In this document: positions 8,155 to 16,043 of the stretch, piece by piece
Layout of the letters: each line of letters opens with the position of its first letter
How positions within the stretch are numbered: the stretch's first letter is position 1
NCBI GenBank assembly: GCA_037625715.1
Contig: JASJHQ010000049.1
Span: forward strand, 1,490-65,489
DNA from: Flavobacteriales bacterium
GTDB taxonomy: Bacteria; Bacteroidota; Bacteroidia; Flavobacteriales; UBA7312
DNA length: 64,000 bases
Reading direction: 5' to 3'
Notes under the pieces: generated by a model
Told to the model about the DNA's origin: nothing
Database searches by the model: none
What the model saw: only the letters and a program-made list of their open reading frames with translations
Position numbers and translations under genes: made by a program

Positions 8155-10210
8155 AAGTCTTGTTTAGTTCTTTATTTTTCCCTAGAGTTTCGGCAAATAC
8201 AACCTCACCAATAATATTTACTAGCTCAACGTTAATAACGCTTGCTTGCTTGAGGCTCATGTTTAAGTTTACCTTTCCTGTTGAAGGGTTTGGATAAACC
8301 TCTAGAGACAAAATGTTTTCGTTAATAGAAGAACAGTCTTCTACTGTTACTGGTACAGCAAGCATGTCACACTCTAGAGGATCGATCGCTACTGACCAGT
8401 TATAGAAGTAGTAGTACCAATCGGTTCCGTAAGGAGAGTTTTCTATAGAAAGCAATCCGTCTAATACGTATGGGTAGTTTAAGCCAGTTGCGTCTGTTCT
8501 TTTAAGCTGAGGGTTTCCTCCACCAAAGTTTGTTTCGTTAGTTGCTGTATCTGTTCCTAAGGTATATCCTTCGCCTGCAGTAATGTTAAAGTTTAGAGCT
8601 ATGATGTGGGCATCATCTTCAGAAAAGCCAACGTCTTCTGTGTGTGAAGCAACTACGTTTCCGTCTCCATCCCACAACATTATTTTTCTTTCTCCTGGTT
8701 CGTTAGTATACACTTCAACGCTGGTTAGGGTAAAGTCGCTTAATGCGTCGAACATAACGTATCCGTTAGAATTTTCTCCTGTACTATAGTTGTTGTCTCC
8801 AGCGTGTGCTAGAGGAGCGGTGTTGTAAGAAGAAATGCTAGAAGACACATAATACATAGCGTCTGAAGTTAAGATAGGTGTTTGGAAAGATTCCCCTTGC
8901 CCTACCATATTATTATCGGCGTCGTACCAAGTAATGTCGTTATCAGAACTAGCGTAAAGATTTGCGACTTCGTTTCTACAAGAAGTTACAGGCTCTACAT
9001 CTGGGTTGTTTATTCCGGCAAGGCTAATTGTTTCCGTGAAAGGACAGTCGTAAGAATCGTCTACCACTGTTACGGTGTAACTCCCTAGCTCAGTAACCTC
9101 AATAGAAGGTCCTGACATTCCGTTAGACCACTCTACAGAAGAGCCCATCGTAGTTTCTACAGATAACTCTATTACTTGTCCTTCACACAATAAGCCTTCT
9201 GCTGTAGAAGTAACTGTTGTAGGAGGTGTTCCTTGAGATTGTTGGGTTAAGGTAATAGGGAACCAAGAATAGTTGTTGTCCATATTAGACTCTACCATTA
9301 CTTGAGGAACTTCTAAAACGACAGCGTAGTCGCCATTACAAGTTCCTAGTGGGATGTTTAAAAACATTCCGTCTAGGTGAGAACCGTATGTGTCGGTATA
9401 GCCCGAAGAGATACCTTGAGAAACAGGGCTACATCCGTAGCTTCCACCACCTAAACCGTAGTTAGGAAAGTCATCTTGAAACAACTCTGTTCCTTCTCCA
9501 TAAGTAGTTTCAACATCCATACACCCGCCATTTTCGCAGCTTCCTAGATCCATTACACAAAAACCAACCTTTGCTCCTTCCCCTACAATTTCCCACCCTG
9601 TTGGGTTGTCCATATTGTTTGGGTCTGGTATTCTAAGAGACATAATAGTCCACTGGTCAAAGTGCATGTGCCCGTGTGTTGGGTGGTATTCCATTGTTCC
9701 TACCATTTTTTCGTAAAAGCTCATAGTACCATCAGCATTTTTATGGTACACTCTTTGCCAAGAAATATGTTTAGGACTTGATCCGTCTGGGCAGTAAGTA
9801 GCTTCTTGCCATTCAGGGTCATATATTTGAAAAGTATCGGCAACACCACTATCGAAGCAAATCATCCATCTGTATCCTTCTTCATTGGCGCCTCTTAGGT
9901 TAAGAGGTCCTGCACCGATGTTTGGTGTTTTAGCAGAAACACGAATACGTCCCATAGCTATAACATCATCGTCAATTTCGAACCAGTTTTCGTCATAGTT
10001 TATTTCTCCGTCTGTAATTCCTTCACCCGGAGGGTATTCTTGAGAGCCGTTAATACCTGTTTCCCAAGAAACGGTAATATCTGGTAGTAAATCACAGTCC
10101 GTATCGTTTGAGTTTTCGCACTCACAATCGGTAGAGTTATTGATAGTACATTGAGCCCACCCTAGAATAGGAGTACACGCAATAAACATAAAGAGTAAAA
10201 TTCTAGACAT
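8066..10210 (-). CDS. secreted multidomain protein: lysyl-oxidase-like Cu/quinone amine oxidase domain + Ig-like modules + T9SS type-A CTD
   Basis: Signal peptide MSRILLFMFIACTPILGWAQ from ATG 10210. MEYHPTHGHMHFDQW, GAKVGFCVMDLGSC, GYTDTYGSHLDG, GDYAVVLEV and ESNMDNN align with the conserved motifs of the animal LOX catalytic domain. The C-terminal LEVYPNPSTGKVNL...GIYTIQISSNGQNKVEKIIIK is a T9SS CTD. Confidence 0.75.
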   Translation of the reverse strand: MSRILLFMFIACTPILGWAQCTINNSTDCECENSNDTDCDLLPDITVSWETGINGSQEYPPGEGITDGEINYDENWFEIDDDVIAMGRIRVSAKTPNIGAGPLNLRGANEEGYRWMICFDSGVADTFQIYDPEWQEATYCPDGSSPKHISWQRVYHKNADGTMSFYEKMVGTMEYHPTHGHMHFDQWTIMSLRIPDPNNMDNPTGWEIVGEGAKVGFCVMDLGSCENGGCMDVETTYGEGTELFQDDFPNYGLGGGSYGCSPVSQGISSGYTDTYGSHLDGMFLNIPLGTCNGDYAVVLEVPQVMVESNMDNNYSWFPITLTQQSQGTPPTTVTSTAEGLLCEGQVIELSVETTMGSSVEWSNGMSGPSIEVTELGSYTVTVVDDSYDCPFTETISLAGINNPDVEPVTSCRNEVANLYASSDNDITWYDADNNMVGQGESFQTPILTSDAMYYVSSSISSYNTAPLAHAGDNNYSTGENSNGYVMFDALSDFTLTSVEVYTNEPGERKIMLWDGDGNVVASHTEDVGFSEDDAHIIALNFNITAGEGYTLGTDTATNETNFGGGNPQLKRTDATGLNYPYVLDGLLSIENSPYGTDWYYYFYNWSVAIDPLECDMLAVPVTVEDCSSINENILSLEVYPNPSTGKVNLNMSLKQASVINVELVNIIGEVVFAETLGKNKELNKTFDWSDLSAGIYTIQISSNGQNKVEKIIIK

Positions 10211-10246
10211 AATATTCACTTGATTAAATAATGTTAAAGATAAGTA

Positions 10247-10254
10247 CAAAGATA
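10247..10254 (-). promoter_or_regulatory. candidate Bacteroidota sigma-A -7 box (TATCTTTG)
   Basis: Minus-strand TATCTTTG matches TAnnTTTG. It lies 36 nt upstream of the ATG at 10210 of the LOX-like gene. Confidence 0.45.
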
Positions 10255-10308
10255 CAAAGAAATAATTCCCCCTTTTGGGAAAAGAGAATTTCTTACTTGT
10301 TCAGACCC

Positions 10309-11091
10309 TTAATTGTTTGGGGCTCCCTGCTCTATCCACTTTAAAACGGTATTGATTTCATACGAGTTTAGCGGCCCTCTATCGCTATTAGAGGTTGGCA
10401 TCATAGGCTCGGTTTGTCCCGTTATTTGTTTGTACAAATAGCTTTCTTGTGGCTGCAATACGTTTATGTACGCTTCTCCGTTTTGGTTGTAGCCGCTAAG
10501 CAGATCGTCATAAGCAACGTCTATTGGCATTAACTCTACGGGGTATAAGGTTCCAGTGGAGTGGCACGGCATACACTTTCCGTTGCCGTCGTTGTAAAAA
10601 ATAGGGACATAAATATCATTGTAAAAGCTAACTTTTTGTTCCAGATTGCTTACAATAATTTTATAATAAGTGGTATATGTTTTTAGGTAGTTTGTAACTA
10701 TTTGTCGTTCTAAAACCATAATGCTGTCCGACTTTTCAGAAAGTCCGTATCTGCTAGTATCGCTTATGCCAAATAGTAAAACAGAGTCGTTGTTTAAAAC
10801 GAAAGCACCACTATCGACTTCTAAGCTTACGTCCTGATCACCTTCTACTAGGTAGTTTCTGACAAAACGATTGTCGTCATATCGAAGGGTTAGGGTGTCT
10901 GGCACCGAGCTCCCAAAATAAGTAGTTTGTTGGTTTAAAACATTTCCTAAGGTGTCCGACAAAGTATAAACCAAAGAGTCTTTTTTCCAGACCTCAGGGT
11001 AATATACGATAGGTTCTATTTCTATTATTCTGTCTTTAGAACAAGAAAAAAGAAGAAAAAAACAAAATATATAAATTAACTTTTTCATCAT
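10309..11091 (-). CDS. lipoprotein with C-terminal c-type haem domain (PSCyt1-like, one CxxCH)
   Basis: Lipobox MMKKLIYIFCFFLLFSCS. There is a single haem motif CMPCH (nt 10561-10575). The tail ...EPMMPTSNSDRGPLNSYEINTVLKWIEQGAPNN resembles the planctomycete-type cytochrome c domain. Confidence 0.65.
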   Translation of the reverse strand: MMKKLIYIFCFFLLFSCSKDRIIEIEPIVYYPEVWKKDSLVYTLSDTLGNVLNQQTTYFGSSVPDTLTLRYDDNRFVRNYLVEGDQDVSLEVDSGAFVLNNDSVLLFGISDTSRYGLSEKSDSIMVLERQIVTNYLKTYTTYYKIIVSNLEQKVSFYNDIYVPIFYNDGNGKCMPCHSTGTLYPVELMPIDVAYDDLLSGYNQNGEAYINVLQPQESYLYKQITGQTEPMMPTSNSDRGPLNSYEINTVLKWIEQGAPNN

Positions 11092-11100
11092 TTTATAGGA

Positions 11101-11961
11101 TTAAAACCACCAAACTCTTCTAATGTTAAAGCCTAAGACAAACTCATTTGGTCGGTCGTAAAAATTATAAGGCTCTTCGGTGTATATATTTGTTTCTCTA
11201 ATGTAGTAGCTATTGCTCATAAAGACCTGAAAAACGTGTCCGGCAGTTCCGAACTCGAAACCTAGAGAAAAGGCATTGTCTAATTTATTTTCCGAAGTAT
11301 TGTTTAGCTTGTAGGCGTACTCAAACAAGACTGCGCTACCAAACGAATACTGGTACCTTCCGCTAAAGGGTAAAACGAAAGTATGGTGCGACTCTTCCAT
11401 TCCTTCTACTAGGTTTTTATACACAAAGGTTGGCGATAGTTGAAGTGATATTTTGTCGTTGAACTTTCGGGCAATTATAAGCTGGGTGTTATAGCTTAAT
11501 CGGTGTGCGAATTTGTTCTCAAAGGGAGTAATGCTATCTCCAAAAAAAGCAATCGGACTTTCGCCTCTGTATGCGTCGGTATTGAGTCCGGTGTTGTTAT
11601 ATAAGGCAATCGAAAGAGGCATGCTATTGCTGGCGGTCTGCCTAAGAATTACATACTTTCCTTCAATGTCTACGGTTTTGCCGACCTTAGTTCTGCCTAC
11701 TCCAATATAAGCACGGTCGGATAGTTTATACGACAAAGAAAACCTAACGTTGGCCGGAAGGTCAAAGCCTAAAAATTGTTTGTAAAACTCATCGTTTAAG
11801 CCAATTTTGCCAAATCGGTGCATTATTGTAAAGTCAAAACCATCGGGTATAACGGTAGTTTGAGCGTTTATAAGCTGCTTGTTTTTAAACGGATTTACAT
11901 ATTCTTGGGCAAAAGCACCAAAACTAAAGCCAATTAGTAAAAAAGAGTAGAATAACTTCAT
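11101..11961 (-). CDS. outer-membrane beta-barrel protein (DUF5777-like)
   Basis: Signal peptide MKLFYSFLLIGFSFGAFAQ, alternating amphipathic beta-strand pattern, aromatic C-terminus ...GFNIRRVWWF. The DUF number is from memory. Confidence 0.6.
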   Translation of the reverse strand: MKLFYSFLLIGFSFGAFAQEYVNPFKNKQLINAQTTVIPDGFDFTIMHRFGKIGLNDEFYKQFLGFDLPANVRFSLSYKLSDRAYIGVGRTKVGKTVDIEGKYVILRQTASNSMPLSIALYNNTGLNTDAYRGESPIAFFGDSITPFENKFAHRLSYNTQLIIARKFNDKISLQLSPTFVYKNLVEGMEESHHTFVLPFSGRYQYSFGSAVLFEYAYKLNNTSENKLDNAFSLGFEFGTAGHVFQVFMSNSYYIRETNIYTEEPYNFYDRPNEFVLGFNIRRVWWF

Positions 11962-11964
11962 AGG

Positions 11965-12351
11965 CTACTTTTTAAATGTTCTGATAAAATTGATAAGTTG
12001 CCATCTCTGATCTTCGTTTAAGGAGTGCTTGTAAGGAATCATCATTCCTTTTCCGTTGGAAAGCTTCCAGAAAAGCTCGCCATCGCTTTGGTCTTGAACC
12101 TCAGCTAGAGAAAAGTTTCTTGGTTTTGGCTTAAGTCCGCTGCCAGCAGGGCCATCGCCTTGGCCGGTTTTACCATGGCAAGTCCAGCAAAGTTTTTGAT
12201 ACATTTTTGCTCCCTTTTGAGTCGCAATATCGTTTTCAGAATACACATTTACTACCTCTTTTGCTGATTCTGGAGCCACCCAATTGTCTTGAGCGTTTGC
12301 CAATAAACCACACAATAGTAAACCGATGATAGTTAAAAACTTCATATACAC
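11965..12351 (-). CDS. class I c-type cytochrome (periplasmic, monohaem)
   Basis: Signal peptide, CWTCH haem motif (nt 12175-12189), distal Met region NGKGMMIPY. It is about 108 aa when mature. Only a 3-nt gap separates it from the barrel gene. Confidence 0.8.
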   Translation of the reverse strand: MYMKFLTIIGLLLCGLLANAQDNWVAPESAKEVVNVYSENDIATQKGAKMYQKLCWTCHGKTGQGDGPAGSGLKPKPRNFSLAEVQDQSDGELFWKLSNGKGMMIPYKHSLNEDQRWQLINFIRTFKK

Positions 12352-12362
12352 TTGCTTTGGGG

Positions 12363-12370
12363 CAAAGATA
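12363..12370 (-). promoter_or_regulatory. candidate -7 box (TATCTTTG) for the cytochrome c / barrel / haem-lipoprotein unit
   Basis: Minus-strand TATCTTTG lies 11 nt upstream of ATG 12351 (17 nt upstream of the alternative ATG 12345). This implies a very short leader. Confidence 0.4.
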
Positions 12371-12455
12371 GAAAGAAAAAAGATTTAAAACTTACTCTTT
12401 GTTGTTGGCTTAGTGATAAATACTCTCCCAAGTATTTATTTTAGTGGGTGTTAGA

Positions 12456-12887
12456 CTATTTTTTTCTTTTTTCAATAACTGTATAATTTGGGTTTTCGAT
12501 ATTAAAACCTGTACTCAAGAGCTCAAGCTTTATTTTGTTTTTATTAATCACTACAAATTTAAAAGCGTCAGCTTTGTTTGGTCCTGAACAATGTTCAAAA
12601 ATTTTATTCTTTTCAACCCACCAAGTGCCTTTTTCTGTAAATTCTCTAGTTTTCGCAATAGTTTTTGTCTTAAAGTGTACGACATAAGTCCCATCTTCAT
12701 TTCTTGTCATTTCCCATTCCTTATACACACCTTTGGTCTGTTGACCTGTTTCTGAACCAGTCCAAGTGCCCACTAGTCGTTTGTCAATAGTTTTCCCATT
12801 AGGTAAAGAATTAATTGTAATACAAGAAGTAAGGCCGAGCGCAATAGTTATTAATAGGCTTAAAATTGATATGTTTATTTTTTTCAT
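12456..12887 (-). CDS. small lipoprotein, lipocalin-like (GTW motifs)
   Basis: The lipobox MKKINISILSLLITIALGLTSC starts at ATG 12887; the track's longer start adds 27 non-signal residues. It contains VGTWTG and KGTWWV motifs. Confidence 0.55.
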   Translation of the reverse strand: MKKINISILSLLITIALGLTSCITINSLPNGKTIDKRLVGTWTGSETGQQTKGVYKEWEMTRNEDGTYVVHFKTKTIAKTREFTEKGTWWVEKNKIFEHCSGPNKADAFKFVVINKNKIKLELLSTGFNIENPNYTVIEKRKK

Positions 12888-13047
12888 GATTTGTAGTTTG
12901 TTTGATATAGTGTTTTCTGTTATCGATCGGAAAGGCTCTGTTTTATCTTTTAGATACCAATGTCCCATGTTTCAGACGCTCAAAAACATCAAAACAATGT
13001 AGCTACCTTTATTTTTTTAATAGAAAACTTAGCAAAAAGTTGGCTCA

Positions 13048-14196
13048 TCACTCTTTTGTGAAACTAAACGCATTTGTCTCTTCGGTTTGTGAAACCCCTT
13101 CAAAAGTAAATACGATTTTTGCAGAATAATCGCCTAACGGAAACTCTGAAATTCTTATTTGAGCGCTATTTCTTTGGTGGTATAACAACAAGCCATCTTC
13201 TAATATAGTTGTTGCTATTGCTACTTTAAATTCGCCACAACCATTTGCTGAGCTTCCGTAAATGTATTCGAACGAACCGTATAGAGTTCCATCGGAGTTA
13301 TTAATTATTAATTCAGCTTTTTGCGGAGTCCAGTAGTAGTAATCCCAAACCCCAAAATATTGGCCTAATAAAGAAATGTTGGTATAATTAGAGCAGCTAG
13401 AAGAGCTTCCGCTTAACACACTAATACTGTTGATATATGGTTTGTCGTTAAATATTTTCAGGCTTAAATACGCTTGGTTAGGATCATTTTCAGGAGTATA
13501 ATCAGGATTAGAACTTGTATTTGTCCAACCATAATCATTAAGAAGGTATTCGTACGAATCTTTAATTTTAACACCAACCCAAGCTTTTTTTAGTGATTCT
13601 CTAGGTGTTTGCGACAAATAGTCTTCCGGAATAGTAAAAGTTAACGAATCAGCGTCAACCGTCGAAGGTATTTCCAAGCTATCGCTTCTTTGTTCGTTAA
13701 CTAAGTAAACGATCACATCGCTATAATCACTTAAGCCCTCTCCGTGAATTACGTGCTGTTTGTTTAGATGAGAAAAAATCTCGAATGCATTAGAAAAATC
13801 TCCGCCATTCACAGCATAAAAGGTTTCATAATCAAAACTTACCGCCTTAGTTGTAAAATAGTAAAGACTAGTTTGAAGGCTAGAATCATTGTTGGACACC
13901 TCAAATGTAACCTCATAGTCAGTTGCCTTTTCCAAATTGCTTAATATAAATTCGCTGGTATTGCTATTTGCCGTTTGATAGGCGTCACTAGAATTTTTTA
14001 GCCTATATAATATGCTAGCATTGTCTCCCGAGTAACTTCCGTTATACATCACCTTTGCAGTTGTTAGCCCAACATTCGAAATTGTAATTTCTACATCAGA
14101 AATATTCAAGTCTTGTTCTATAACATCCTTGTCTGAGCCACACGAAGCCATAAGGCTAACTAATAATAGCAGGTAAATTGGTTTTAAAAATTTCAT
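13048..14196 (-). CDS. hypothetical lipoprotein with N-terminal FN3-like module
   Basis: Lipobox MKFLKPIYLLLLVSLMASCGSD. The region VEITISNVGLTTAKVMYNGS...ATDYEVTFEV is fibronectin-III-like. I recognised no catalytic motif. Confidence 0.55.
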   Translation of the reverse strand: MKFLKPIYLLLLVSLMASCGSDKDVIEQDLNISDVEITISNVGLTTAKVMYNGSYSGDNASILYRLKNSSDAYQTANSNTSEFILSNLEKATDYEVTFEVSNNDSSLQTSLYYFTTKAVSFDYETFYAVNGGDFSNAFEIFSHLNKQHVIHGEGLSDYSDVIVYLVNEQRSDSLEIPSTVDADSLTFTIPEDYLSQTPRESLKKAWVGVKIKDSYEYLLNDYGWTNTSSNPDYTPENDPNQAYLSLKIFNDKPYINSISVLSGSSSSCSNYTNISLLGQYFGVWDYYYWTPQKAELIINNSDGTLYGSFEYIYGSSANGCGEFKVAIATTILEDGLLLYHQRNSAQIRISEFPLGDYSAKIVFTFEGVSQTEETNAFSFTKE

Positions 14197-14416
14197 GGTT
14201 TTTTGTTTTTATTATTTATTGAATTTATGAAAGTCTGGACTCAAAGAATTTTGAGTATCCGTTTATAGCGATAGCTTTAAAAAGCGAAACAGTAGCGTTG
14301 TAAAAAGAAAATTTTGGCAAAATGCGTTTGACTTTTACGCACGTCTTTAGTACAAGACGGTTAGTATTGTGATTAGCAAGTTTCATGGTCTTTGCAAGCT
14401 ACAAAAAAACGGACAT

Positions 14417-14446
14417 AAAAAAAAGCCACATCCCAAAGGGTGTGGC
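14417..14446 (-). terminator. rho-independent terminator (bidirectional shape) after the ALDH gene
   Basis: GCCACATCC/GGGTGTGGC forms a 9-bp stem (one G-U pair) with a 4-nt loop at 14425-14446. It is followed on the minus strand by a run of 8 T (plus-strand A-run 14417-14424) and lies 26 nt after the stop at 14472. Confidence 0.75.
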
Positions 14447-14471
14447 TTTTTAATTTATAGAATTATATAGC

Positions 14472-16016
14472 TTACAAATCGAACTTAATCCCTTGAGCTA
14501 AAGGAAGTTCGTCTGAGTAGTTTATTGTGTTAGTTTGTCTTCTCATGTATACTTTCCAAGCATCAGAACCTGACTCTCTACCTCCACCAGTCTCTTTTTC
14601 GCCACCAAAAGCACCACCAATCTCAGCACCCGAAGTACCAATATTAACGTTTGCAATTCCGCAGTCAGAACCAGCATAAGACAAGAATTTCTCTGCTTCT
14701 TTTAGTTCGTTAGTCATTACCGCTGAAGACAAGCCTTGAGCTACTCCGTTTTGTTGCTGGATAGCGTTTTCTATCTCACCCGAATATTTCATTAGGTATA
14801 AGATAGGAGCAAATGTTTCGTGTTGCACTATCTCATAATGGTTTTCGGCTTCAATAATCGCTGGCTTTACATAACAGCCGCTTTCATATCCTGGGCCTTG
14901 TAAAACACCACCATCAACCAATACGTTTCCGCCTTCTGCTTTTGCTTTTTCGATAGCCGCTAAGTAAGTGTTTACCGAATCGTGATCAATAAGTGGTCCG
15001 ATATGGTTCTTTTCGTCTAATGGGTTACCGATAGTTAACTGGCCGTAAGCCCCAACAATTGCGTCTCTTACTTTATCGTAAACCGATTCGTGAATAATAA
15101 GTCTTCTTGTAGAAGTACAACGCTGTCCGCAAGTTCCTACAGCACCAAATACCGCACCCGGAACAACAACTTTTAAATCTGCAGTTGGAGTAATAATAAT
15201 AGCGTTGTTACCTCCTAACTCTAATAAAGATTTTCCGAAACGCTGAGCAACAGTAGCGCCAACAATTCGTCCCATTCTGGTAGAACCAGTAGCAGAAACT
15301 AAAGGAATACGAGTATCGGTAGTCATCATTTCACCAACTTTATAGTCTCCGTTAATAATACAAGAGATTCCTTCTGGTAAATTGTTTTCTTTTAAAATAT
15401 CGGCAATAATGTTTTGGCAAGCTACGGAGCATAAAGGTGCTTTTTCAGAACCTTTCCAAACACATACATCGCCACAAATCCAAGCCAATGCAGTATTCCA
15501 AGCCCAAACAGCAACAGGGAAGTTAAATGCAGAGATTATTCCAACTACACCTATTGGGTGCCATTGCTCTCTCATTACGTGACCAGGACGTTCAGAAGGA
15601 ATAGTTTGTCCGTTTAATTGTCTTGATAGTCCTACCGCAAAATCGCAGATATCAATCATTTCCTGAACCTCTCCGTAACCTTCTTGTAATGATTTACCCA
15701 TCTCGTAAGAAACCAATTTACCAAGCGGCTCTTTCAAGTCTCTTAGTTTGTTTCCGAACTGACGAACAATCTCCCCTCTTTGTGGAGCAGGAATGTCTCT
15801 AAAAGTTTTAAAAGCTTCGGTTGCCGTAGCCATTACCTTTTGGTAATCTTCTTTAGTAGTAGCTTTTACTTTACCGATTAACTTTCCGTCAACTGGCGAG
15901 TAACTTTCGAGAAGTTCTCCGTTAGAAAAATTATTAGAACCCGTAGAAGTTCCCAGGTTTACATCTTGTAAGCCTAAGTCTTTTAAGGCTTGATCAATTC
16001 CAAAATTTTGAGACAT
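14472..16016 (-). CDS. aldehyde dehydrogenase, ALDH7/antiquitin type (alpha-aminoadipic semialdehyde / piperideine-6-carboxylate dehydrogenase-like)
   Basis: 514 aa. ALDH motifs ELGGNNAIII and GQRCTSTRRL are present. The N-terminus and length match the ALDH7 (Pcd/AmaB) subgroup. The subgroup call is from memory. Confidence 0.85.
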   Translation of the reverse strand: MSQNFGIDQALKDLGLQDVNLGTSTGSNNFSNGELLESYSPVDGKLIGKVKATTKEDYQKVMATATEAFKTFRDIPAPQRGEIVRQFGNKLRDLKEPLGKLVSYEMGKSLQEGYGEVQEMIDICDFAVGLSRQLNGQTIPSERPGHVMREQWHPIGVVGIISAFNFPVAVWAWNTALAWICGDVCVWKGSEKAPLCSVACQNIIADILKENNLPEGISCIINGDYKVGEMMTTDTRIPLVSATGSTRMGRIVGATVAQRFGKSLLELGGNNAIIITPTADLKVVVPGAVFGAVGTCGQRCTSTRRLIIHESVYDKVRDAIVGAYGQLTIGNPLDEKNHIGPLIDHDSVNTYLAAIEKAKAEGGNVLVDGGVLQGPGYESGCYVKPAIIEAENHYEIVQHETFAPILYLMKYSGEIENAIQQQNGVAQGLSSAVMTNELKEAEKFLSYAGSDCGIANVNIGTSGAEIGGAFGGEKETGGGRESGSDAWKVYMRRQTNTINYSDELPLAQGIKFDL

Positions 16017-16043
16017 TTGTTTAAGATTTAAGTTCGTTTATTG

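Noticed and set aside
14225-14386. Roughly 50-codon minus-strand ORF (MKLANHNTNRLVLKTCVKVKRILPKF...) in the spacer upstream of the lipoprotein gene
   Set aside because: It has no signal, no motif and an odd composition, and no promoter box. It is likely random in AT-rich sequence.
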